Below, in pieces: positions 18,966-25,273 of a stretch of DNA of 27,009 nt. This DNA is from a virus (lineage: Duplodnaviria; Caudoviricetes): the IMG/VR virus record IMGVR_UViG_3300025889_000795, positions 1-27,009 of that record. One strand, written 5' to 3'. Position 1 is the first letter of the stretch, and each line of letters opens with the position of its first letter. The translations under genes and the position numbers were made by a program. The notes below the pieces were generated by a model, which was not told the DNA's origin, made no database searches, and saw nothing but the letters and a program-made list of their open reading frames with translations.

Positions 18966-19175
18966 TCACTCCCACTGATCCGGGCAATCATCTACGTCCG
19001 CCACCTTTTTCAATTTATAAATTAATTCAGCGTTTTCATCTTTCAATAGATTATTTTCTGTTATCAACTCCTCCACGCGCGCCTGTGATTCGGCTAGTTG
19101 GGTTTGCAGCTTTTCTACGCGCAGCTCTAGACGGAAAACCTTGTTTTCTAGCGCTAATTCACGAGCATCAGTCAT
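18966..19175 (-). CDS. Hypothetical coiled-coil protein
   Basis: ORF track; SD GGAGG; heptad pattern. Confidence 0.7.
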   Translation of the reverse strand: MTDARELALENKVFRLELRVEKLQTQLAESQARVEELITENNLLKDENAELIYKLKKVADVDDCPDQWE

Positions 19176-19178
19176 GAT

Positions 19179-19466
19179 TCAATCCTCCGATTTCCAGCAA
19201 TCGCACTCAACCGGCGACCAGGCGTGATATTCGTTTTCGTGATTACTTCTTTTGTGCCATGGATGATTGTTTTTGCATTGTGTGCAACGCCATAGGCTTG
19301 AGCATTTGGCATCATGAGGCGCTTTCTCAATCTTCGCATTCGCCGCTGCTAGTTCGCGCTCTAGGGTGTTTAGTTCTTCTGCTGCTTCCGTCACACTCAG
19401 CACGCGTTCGCCCTTGTAAAAGTTAACGTGCGTACCTACAGCATTCCAATCCCATTCATTCATCAC
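19179..19466 (-). CDS. Hypothetical protein with Cys/His-rich C-terminus
   Basis: HDAKC..CTQC..H..CDC suggests metal binding. Confidence 0.7.
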   Translation of the reverse strand: MMNEWDWNAVGTHVNFYKGERVLSVTEAAEELNTLERELAAANAKIEKAPHDAKCSSLWRCTQCKNNHPWHKRSNHENEYHAWSPVECDCWKSED

Positions 19467-19490
19467 GGCGCTCTCTTTCGGTTAGCATGG

Positions 19491-19703
19491 CTAAGAAAAA
19501 TAATCAATGGACTTTTCCCCCACGAAAACGGTTAGAACTGAGATTGATAAAAACATAAACACTACCAATGGAAACCCGTACCATTCATCGATCCATTTAT
19601 CAGGTAGCACCTCCATACCCACAAAGGAAACAAAAAAGAAATAAGCAAATAACCAGAACACCCACCCAATAGGGTGTCTAAATAGAAAGTGTTTAATCAT
19701 CAC
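19491..19703 (-). CDS. Small membrane protein (two TM segments)
   Basis: SD AGGAG; two hydrophobic helices. Confidence 0.65.
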   Translation of the reverse strand: MMIKHFLFRHPIGWVFWLFAYFFFVSFVGMEVLPDKWIDEWYGFPLVVFMFLSISVLTVFVGEKSIDYFS

Positions 19704-19715
19704 TTCAATCTCCTG

Positions 19716-20168
19716 TTAGGTGGTCTCTTTAGGAGTGACGTTTTCCCAATAGCTAGAAAACCGTTTTTCGAAATAAGCTTTCTTCTCGTTGATTTCGTTA
19801 ATTTCTCGTTGCAGCTTGTCTGTCTTTAACTCGAAAGATTTCAAGACCTCATCTCGACTCAAATCCATCGAATCGTCGTCTATAGCTTTGACAACTTCGG
19901 TCTCGGTCGTTTGGCTGTTAAAGTAAAGAAATTTGATATCTGAGTCGTTATAGGTGGTTTCTACGTATGCAATAATTACAGTAGGGAGCGTTTCAAATGG
20001 TTCGAATCCTATTATTGTCCCGGGGTAGACTACATAATCTTGGTATGTTTTCTTTAGCACCTTCACGCGGTCACCAACCCTAAGCTCGTCGATTCTTTTT
20101 GCATGACGCAAATCAATTTCCATCTTTACGCCGTTAATCTCTATCGTTGTTGTTTCGCTCATCTTCAT
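19716..20168 (-). CDS. Conserved-looking phage hypothetical protein (KOW/SH3-like LRVGDRVKVL)
   Basis: 150 aa with SD AGGAG. Confidence 0.75.
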   Translation of the reverse strand: MKMSETTTIEINGVKMEIDLRHAKRIDELRVGDRVKVLKKTYQDYVVYPGTIIGFEPFETLPTVIIAYVETTYNDSDIKFLYFNSQTTETEVVKAIDDDSMDLSRDEVLKSFELKTDKLQREINEINEKKAYFEKRFSSYWENVTPKETT

Positions 20169-20173
20169 TTCTC

Positions 20174-20446
20174 CTAAGTTAATTCCAACTCTTTCGTTTC
20201 TTCTATTGCTGGTAATGGTGGTGGTGGTAGGGGGTTTAGAATGCGTTGGTTCATTCTTTTGAAGCCATAGCCATCAATCCATCCCATCCTCGCGTACGCT
20301 TTTTCAGGCTCGTCAAATCTTACAAGCCAACACGCTATGTCTTCACGCATACTAGGAAGTCTCTCGCATGTGCGAATTGCCGTGACTAGAAGTCCGCCAT
20401 TAGGAGAACATTCAACAACCTCACACAACATTCCTGGTTTAATCAT
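20174..20446 (-). CDS. Hypothetical protein
   Basis: SD GAGGTG; MIKPGMLCEVV...L.PLPPP pattern of small lambdoid early proteins. Confidence 0.7.
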   Translation of the reverse strand: MIKPGMLCEVVECSPNGGLLVTAIRTCERLPSMREDIACWLVRFDEPEKAYARMGWIDGYGFKRMNQRILNPLPPPPLPAIEETKELELT

Positions 20447-20454
20447 TTCATCAC

Positions 20455-20468
20455 CTCAATATAAAAAG
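20455..20468. repeat. 14-bp direct repeat copy 1 (CTCAATATAAAAAG)
   Basis: Identical to 22269-22282. Confidence 0.9.
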
Positions 20469-20567
20469 CTAAACTGCTAGCTCATCTCTGATAATTCGAT
20501 ACACTTTTCTCGCCTGCTCGATACTGCGCAATTCTGCTGTGTGATATTGATAACCTAACTTCTCACT
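20469..20567 (-). pseudogene. C-terminal fragment of DUF3268-like zinc-finger gene (SEKLGYQYHTAELRSIEQARKVYRIIRDELAV*)
   Basis: Manual translation; resembles the C-terminus expected for the truncated gene at 22260; its stop abuts the direct repeat. Confidence 0.7.
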
Positions 20568-20632
20568 TCGCCTGATCCATATCCGAACCCAAACGCCTCC
20601 TCTTCCCATAATTCAAACTCTTGATCGTTCAT
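20555..20632 (-). CDS. 25-aa micro-ORF, probably a truncated gene (MNDQEFELWEEEAFGFGYGSGEVRS)
   Basis: Very strong SD AAAAGGAGAGG upstream, yet it stops just past the junction with the zinc-finger fragment. Confidence 0.5.
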   Translation of the reverse strand: MNDQEFELWEEEAFGFGYGSGEVRS

Positions 20633-20644
20633 TATTCCTCTCCT

Positions 20645-20927
20645 TTTAGGCATAGAAACCCCACTATCCGGTGATTAGGGACGTGCTACCGCACTCCTTT
20701 TCTAACCTGTTTAACCGAAGAGCTGATCCGTATGATTTCCTATTACTAGGATCACCGACCAGGTTGAGAGGGGTTAGCTCAGAGCCTGGATTTTAAATAG
20801 GCTCCGCTGCTTTACGTGCGCCTATTGGCACGGAGATGGGGTTTTGGTCTATACTTGCGGTATCTCGAGTTCCCCATCTCACTAGTTCACTCGAGCGCGC
20901 CCCACTTTCGTGGGGCGTTTCTATTTG
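20645..20927. ncRNA. Candidate structured non-coding RNA region
   Basis: No credible ORF; many nested stems and imperfect terminal inverted repeats; family not recognised. Confidence 0.5.
20898..20926 (+). terminator. Intrinsic terminator on + strand (antisense to the early-left operon)
   Basis: CGCCCCAC-TTTC-GTGGGGCG followed by TTTCTATTT. Confidence 0.7.
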
Positions 20928-20929
20928 TA

Positions 20930-21118
20930 CTACAGCTTTACATCAGGGTCAAATGGTACGGTTTGCCAGTCTTCCCATACATCTTCGTTGGTCGATATCT
21001 TGTGTATGCCTACACGCCATTGCAGGACGACAGGCGCACTATCAGCCCAGCGTCTTACCGCATCATCCCCATCAAGCAGCTCAGGATGTTCTACCTCCAT
21101 CCATCTAAACTCAATCAT
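20930..21118 (-). CDS. Hypothetical protein (VLQWR...EDWQTVP)
   Basis: SD AAGGAG; motif pattern common in small phage proteins. Confidence 0.75.
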   Translation of the reverse strand: MIEFRWMEVEHPELLDGDDAVRRWADSAPVVLQWRVGIHKISTNEDVWEDWQTVPFDPDVKL

Positions 21119-21140
21119 TGTTTATCTCCTTTGTATTAAT

Positions 21141-21329
21141 TTACAAGTTTTCTAAACAAAATTGGACCGCATATGGACACTTGTGACCGCCAGATAAGTA
21201 GTAGCGCATCGTCCGATCACCTATCCCGCATACCAGCGCCGCTTTGCGCTGAGATAGACCCGCGCCCTCGATGAGAGAGCGCAGATATTCCGGGCTTGGA
21301 TTGTGTTTTTTGGCGTTGGGTTTAGGCAT
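21141..21329 (-). CDS. XRE-type HTH regulator/putative antitoxin, 62 aa
   Basis: YLRSLIEGAGLSQRKAALVCGIGDRTMRYYLSG helix-turn-helix; ATG overlaps the upstream stop (TAATG). Confidence 0.85.
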   Translation of the reverse strand: MPKPNAKKHNPSPEYLRSLIEGAGLSQRKAALVCGIGDRTMRYYLSGGHKCPYAVQFCLENL

Positions 21330-21490
21330 TAAACAATGCTTATGCCTTCGGGACTTATTGACAGTGATACTACTTTGTTGCGGATTGAGCAGTAATACAC
21401 TTGGAATGTCCATCCGTTTCCCGCATCGCCCTCATAAACTACGTTAGGATTTTTTTTTGTAGCTAGTTTTTTTGCTTCAGTGTAGGTCAT
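21329..21490 (-). CDS. 53-aa hypothetical protein (MTYTEAKKLATKK...)
   Basis: SD GAGGT; first gene after a consensus promoter; coupled to the HTH gene. Confidence 0.75.
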   Translation of the reverse strand: MTYTEAKKLATKKNPNVVYEGDAGNGWTFQVYYCSIRNKVVSLSISPEGISIV

Positions 21491-21550
21491 TTTCTTTACC
21501 TCAATTTCTCTGGTTTGTGTCCTCGGTATCATTGCCTGGACTATGTATAT

Positions 21551-21579
21551 ATAATAGGCATTATGTGCCTACATGTCAA
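21551..21579 (-). promoter_or_regulatory. Sigma70 promoter TTGACA-17-TATTAT with overlapping palindrome TAGGCA-N5-TGCCTA (21555-21571)
   Basis: Near-consensus boxes read directly from the sequence. Confidence 0.85.
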
Positions 21580-22021
21580 GTGGTTTATTGCGCATATCTG
21601 GGACACCCTGTCCCGTTTTTATCCTGTGGATGGTTGACTTCCCAACACAATAATCTTTTGCGATAGCCCTAACGGATCTATCGTCTGCGCTAATCTTAGA
21701 TATCTGCTTGCTTGTTAGCTTTGGAGGCCTACCAACATATCGCTGCCGACCTTTGTTTCTCATGTCATCCATATTTTCTTGGTGCGTGCCGAGGAATAAA
21801 TGCTTGGGATTTACGCAAGCCCTGTTATCGCACCGGTGACAAACAAACATCCCTTCCGGGATAGGCCCATTATGCAGCTCATAAGAAACGCGGTGCGCCC
21901 CGCGATACCTACTTTGTATTTTAAATTGGCCATAACCGTTAGGTTTACTTGCCAGCCAAACCCAGCACTCGTCAGTTTTTCTTACTTTCTTCATAAACCT
22001 TTCTATTAATTTTGCATCCAC
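21569..22021 (-). CDS. HNH endonuclease with C-terminal HTH
   Basis: [50 protein letters not shown]; C-terminal [18 protein letters not shown]. Confidence 0.93.
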   Translation of the reverse strand: MDAKLIERFMKKVRKTDECWVWLASKPNGYGQFKIQSRYRGAHRVSYELHNGPIPEGMFVCHRCDNRACVNPKHLFLGTHQENMDDMRNKGRQRYVGRPPKLTSKQISKISADDRSVRAIAKDYCVGKSTIHRIKTGQGVPDMRNKPLDM

Positions 22022-22260
22022 GTAATCGGATCGAGGATTGCGTGTATGTGGCTGCGGGCCTTTTTAATTTCTTTGGTGGGTATGCAGCCTAGCGGCCTTG
22101 TCCTATCTTTTGTTTTGTGGTGGCAACCAACAAAGTTATTGCAGGTATCGCACTTCCAAAACGGCAAGCTAAACAAATCGCGTCGGTGCGGATAGATTTC
22201 CTCCCCATCTGTTAGTCTTGGCTCGACTAACTTACTGCAACCACAACAATAAATAATCAC
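22006..22260 (-). pseudogene. N-terminal part of DUF3268-like zinc-finger protein, interrupted after HAILDPI
   Basis: CCGC...WKCDTCNNFVGCH...PLG...[11 protein letters not shown]; ends abruptly where the HNH gene starts. Confidence 0.7.
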
Positions 22261-22379
22261 TGCGATAACTCAATATAAAAAGGCAGTGGCGTTCTGTACC
22301 ATAAAATAGCTATCGCCATCGCTGTTAGCATTTGCCCAAAGATAAAGCCTGCTATTAGGGCTGCTAGGAAGTCTTTCAT
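22257..22379 (-). CDS. 40-aa membrane peptide (MKDFLAALIAGFIFGQMLTAMAIAILWYRTPLPFYIELSQ); not in ORF track
   Basis: Manual translation; fills the gap between ssb and the next gene; GTGA overlap. Confidence 0.6.
   Translation of the reverse strand: MKDFLAALIAGFIFGQMLTAMAIAILWYRTPLPFYIELSQ
22269..22282. repeat. 14-bp direct repeat copy 2 (CTCAATATAAAAAG)
   Basis: Identical to 20455-20468. Confidence 0.9.
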
Positions 22380-22381
22380 TT

Positions 22382-22651
22382 CTAAAATGGGATATCTGAG
22401 TCGAAGCCATCGTCAGAAGGTGGGGCGCTTTGCGGCTGACTCTCTTTCTTTTTCGGATCGAACATGTTTACAAATATCCGCGTATCACCTTCCTTCCGCT
22501 CAAGTCCCGCGAGATTAATGTGCGCATCTAACGTGATGTAATGCTTTCCTTCATGCTCATGCAGAGCGCCCACGTTTACCCAGCGCGTCTTTGTTTCGTT
22601 GTTGCGGTTAGTGTATTCGCCGTTTGCCACTACTAGCTCTTTCTTAATCAT
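22382..22651 (-). CDS. ssb: Short single-stranded DNA-binding protein
   Basis: Acidic SSB-type tail DDGFDSDIPF; GEY..NETKTRWVNVG; next to the recombinase. Confidence 0.7.
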   Translation of the reverse strand: MIKKELVVANGEYTNRNNETKTRWVNVGALHEHEGKHYITLDAHINLAGLERKEGDTRIFVNMFDPKKKESQPQSAPPSDDGFDSDIPF

Positions 22652-23400
22652 GCTGCTTTTTTCTCCTCACTCATTAACTTAATCATTATTTCTCTGGCTG
22701 GTTCATTCTTCGCCCATAGACTGCAAACGTAGCGAGCAGCGTCAACGCTCATCTCGCTAAGTAGCTCAGAAAATCCTATCTCATCATCCTCACCGGCAAG
22801 AATTTCAAACCTATTCTTGTACTCCAGCTTGGTATCTTGAAGCTTCCTCATATCGCCCTTGGCTTTCGTTCCTAGCTTGTCCCACACGGCCAGCCAGGTG
22901 TCTCCGCCTTCTTTGTCTAGCAGGCAAAGCTCTAGCCAGTCGCCGTTCTGTATTGCCGCCTTGGCCCTGGCGGTCATTGCCGTAACATCTTCGGTTTCGT
23001 GGTCGATGCTGTCTCTTTCAGGGTCATCGCCAGTCTCCAAGACAAAGGTTTTCAGCATGGCGTACTTAGTTGCATAACTAATCGCTTTACCTGGTCCCTT
23101 GTCTTGGGTGTCAATGCCGTAACCAAAAGCACCCACGTCTATCTTATCTTCTGGATTGTCGGCGTTAACAAAGCTCACTGTTACATCAGCAACGGTTCTA
23201 TTCCCGTCCTGCTGCCACTTAGTCACGCTAGGGATAACCACAATGCCATGCTTGACTAAAACGGGGTGAAGCACGGCAGACACTTGATCGTGAGATACAA
23301 AGCTGTACTGGTTGTTTACTTTCTTATTCTCTTTCTGGACGTAAGCAACGTCACTCATTACCGCCAAAATTCTTTGATAGATGTTTTTTGTCTCACTCAT
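22648..23400 (-). CDS. erf: Erf-family single-strand annealing recombinase
   Basis: NIYQRI..VM..V.YVQK, YSFVSHD, DKGPGKAISYATKYA, ETGDDPE. Confidence 0.9.
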   Translation of the reverse strand: MSETKNIYQRILAVMSDVAYVQKENKKVNNQYSFVSHDQVSAVLHPVLVKHGIVVIPSVTKWQQDGNRTVADVTVSFVNADNPEDKIDVGAFGYGIDTQDKGPGKAISYATKYAMLKTFVLETGDDPERDSIDHETEDVTAMTARAKAAIQNGDWLELCLLDKEGGDTWLAVWDKLGTKAKGDMRKLQDTKLEYKNRFEILAGEDDEIGFSELLSEMSVDAARYVCSLWAKNEPAREIMIKLMSEEKKAA

Positions 23401-23402
23401 AA

Positions 23403-23690
23403 TTACCTGCTCGCTAAATAACAGTTTTCGTTAATGTGTCGCTCGAACCACTCATCCATAAAAATACCAAACGCTAATTGATCGTTAGCATCTCTGCACT
23501 CTTTCCATTTGCAGAGGATTGCTTCCCACTCACCGGCAGCGTCGCCATACACATCGTCTGTGATGCCGTTGCTTTCTTCGTCCGATATAACGGCCATCGT
23601 TTGCTCTCGCAGCTCTCGGAAAGTAGGCGGTGAGTCGTCTGGTGCGTTTAGCTCTCTATCGAACATCACATCGTTAGGTATTGCGTTCAT
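23403..23690 (-). CDS. Acidic hypothetical protein
   Basis: ATG 23690 has SD GGAG; follows the upstream stop. Confidence 0.7.
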   Translation of the reverse strand: MNAIPNDVMFDRELNAPDDSPPTFRELREQTMAVISDEESNGITDDVYGDAAGEWEAILCKWKECRDANDQLAFGIFMDEWFERHINENCYLASR

Positions 23691-23691
23691 A

Positions 23692-23877
23692 TCAATCTCC
23701 GTTGCCGTATGGGCCAAGGGCTTCTTTCTTTTCTGTTTCCTGCTCGTCGAATAATTCGCCTAAGTACTCAAGCGCTTTACTGCGATATTCCACGTCTAGC
23801 AGGTCGTAGATTCTTGCAGCGATAGAGGAGCCTTCTGCAAGGGTGGTTTCTGGTTTTGTGCGTAAGTTCAAATCCAT
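23692..23877 (-). CDS. Hypothetical protein
   Basis: ORF track; SD GGAG; tight packing. Confidence 0.65.
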   Translation of the reverse strand: MDLNLRTKPETTLAEGSSIAARIYDLLDVEYRSKALEYLGELFDEQETEKKEALGPYGNGD

Positions 23878-24047
23878 GTCAGCTGCTCCGCGATTGCAAA
23901 GATGATGCCCCAGGCAACAAAGCCAATTATCACGCCGTAACCAATGCCGACTTGGGCGGGGTGCTTCAGGCTGTCTCGATATTTCTTTGCGTAGTCAGTG
24001 GGTAGGTTTGCTGCTGCGCGTTGGTTTGGAATTATGTTGATGCTCAT
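23868..24047 (-). CDS. First early-left gene; small protein with C-terminal TM helix
   Basis: ATG 24047 after GAGGG; the track start 24146 lies inside the promoter. Confidence 0.65.
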   Translation of the reverse strand: MSINIIPNQRAAANLPTDYAKKYRDSLKHPAQVGIGYGVIIGFVAWGIIFAIAEQLTWI

Positions 24048-24126
24048 TTTCTTTCCCTCGTTTAAAACACCCCGCTGAAGCGGGGAAGGTGACCTCTGAG
24101 GAGGTGTTCTGTTTAACTTGTCTACA

Positions 24127-24156
24127 AGTGTAGACCAGCTAAGCAAGGCGTGTCAA
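24127..24156 (-). promoter_or_regulatory. Leftward early promoter (PL-like) TTGACA-18-TACACT
   Basis: Read directly; overlapped by palindromes at 24120-24135 and 24152-24167. Confidence 0.8.
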
Positions 24157-24230
24157 CAGCTATATACAAATTATTTTGACTTTTTTTTTCGAAACGGCTT
24201 CTAGTATTTTATGCGGGAGGTATACAGTAG

Positions 24231-24260
24231 TTGACATTAGTAGCACGCATAGTCTACGAT
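24231..24260 (+). promoter_or_regulatory. Rightward early promoter (PR-like) TTGACA-18-TACGAT
   Basis: Read directly; predicted start site coincides with the cro ATG. Confidence 0.8.
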
Positions 24261-24267
24261 AGTAGGC

Positions 24268-24438
24268 ATGATTAAATTCGATGATCTCATAGCTCACTTT
24301 GGGAGCCAAGCAAAAGCCGCGAAAGCGTTAAATCTAGATCGCCAGGTTGTCTGGGCGTGGAAGCACAGAGGCATTCCGCTTACTCGACAATATCAAATTC
24401 AGGTGGTTACAGATGGCGCACTAAAACCATCCACCTAA
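24268..24438 (+). CDS. cro: Cro-like repressor, 56 aa; not in ORF track
   Basis: MIKFDDLIAHFGSQAKAAKALNLDRQVVWAWKHRGIPLTRQYQIQVVTDGALK matches the P22-Cro pattern (HFGSQ..A.ALG, W...IP..R...I..VT.GALK). Confidence 0.9.
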   Translation: MIKFDDLIAHFGSQAKAAKALNLDRQVVWAWKHRGIPLTRQYQIQVVTDGALKPST

Positions 24439-24457
24439 CTATATGATGAGCGCCTAA

Positions 24458-25273
24458 ATGCCACGCCTACCTTATTACCCAATGTACCCATCTGACTACC
24501 TAAGAGACACGGTTCATCTAACTTTAGATGAGCATGGTTTTTACATTTTGATGCTCCAGAATTTGTGGGAATACGATGGCGAGTTACCGGCAGATCCTAA
24601 GCAGCTATCGCGTATCTTGCGTGTAGATCCTAGGCAAGCTAGACGATACCTGCAAGGTAAGCTGGGCGATATGTTCGAGGTATCTAATGGCTTAGTTAGA
24701 AATAAGAGGCTTTCTAAAGAACTGTCGCAAGCTACTGATAAGCATAATAAATTAAGCGAAGCAGGGCGAAAAGGTAACGCTAAAAGATGGTCGCCAGGCG
24801 ATACGCCACCCCAATCGCATACAGATACAGATACAGATACAGATATAGAAAAGAAACTTAAAAAGAAAGTCAAAAAGAAAGATTTAACCATCCCTCAAAA
24901 ATTCGCCGAATGGTGGGAGGCATACCCCAAGAAACGCAAGAAGGCAGAGGCGCTGAAAATTTGGCATAGAGACGGTCTCGAAGACCAAGCCGAAGAAATC
25001 ATTCTTGCGACTCAACTGCAAAAAGCAAACGACCGTTCATGGATTGAGGGATACATCCCAGATCCCACAACGTACCTGAACAACGAAAGGTGGACAGATG
25101 AAATCGATCAATCAAGTGCTAGACAAAACCAATCTGCAAAACCCTCGGGTTTCGAGCGAACAGAGGCAGGCGTTGCCGAATGGCTCGAAGAACAAGGTGG
25201 CAGTGTTTTGGATGACGATGAGCCGGATGTTTCCGGGGGTGTGGTTATCGACATGCGGGGCGAAACCTTGTGA
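24458..25273 (+). CDS. Replication initiator (O-like; YdaU/DUF1376-type N-terminus)
   Basis: YYPMYPSDYLRDT.HLT.DEHG.Y; C-terminal F.EWWEAYPKK..K..A...W and YIPDPTTYLNNERW.D. Confidence 0.88.
   Translation: MPRLPYYPMYPSDYLRDTVHLTLDEHGFYILMLQNLWEYDGELPADPKQLSRILRVDPRQARRYLQGKLGDMFEVSNGLVRNKRLSKELSQATDKHNKLSEAGRKGNAKRWSPGDTPPQSHTDTDTDTDIEKKLKKKVKKKDLTIPQKFAEWWEAYPKKRKKAEALKIWHRDGLEDQAEEIILATQLQKANDRSWIEGYIPDPTTYLNNERWTDEIDQSSARQNQSAKPSGFERTEAGVAEWLEEQGGSVLDDDEPDVSGGVVIDMRGETL
24819..24848 (+). repeat. Tandem ATACAG x4 + ATATAG in the initiator linker
   Basis: Read directly; encodes TDTDTDTD. Confidence 0.85.

Larger units (their letters stand above)
24120..24267. promoter_or_regulatory. Four operator-like sites GTCTAC-N4-GTAGAC (24120, 24152, 24220, 24252)
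   Basis: GTCTAC-AAGT-GTAGAC (perfect), GTCAAC-AGCT-ATATAC, GTATAC-AGTA-GTTGAC, GTCTAC-GATA-GTAGGC; each pair starts 32 bp apart. Confidence 0.8.

Noticed and set aside
20768-20840. GAGGGGTTAGCTCAG looks like a tRNA 5' end
   Set aside because: No D-arm closure, anticodon arm or GTTC T-loop follows
20645-20927. Retron msr-msd or HDV/hammerhead ribozyme
   Set aside because: No reverse transcriptase in the window; no P3/L3 of HDV and no CUGAUGA core
20816-21155. Three + strand ORFs (20816, 20836, 20910)
   Set aside because: They run through a terminator and are antisense to a well-supported gene; no protein motifs
20568-22023. Group I intron with HNH inside the zinc-finger gene (ATAGTCC near 21545 resembles element S)
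   Set aside because: No complementary GACTA for P7 found upstream, central codons are missing, and the insert contains its own promoter and several genes
24176-24207. TTGACT...TAGTAT, a possible third promoter
   Set aside because: The 20-bp spacer is too long and there is no associated ORF
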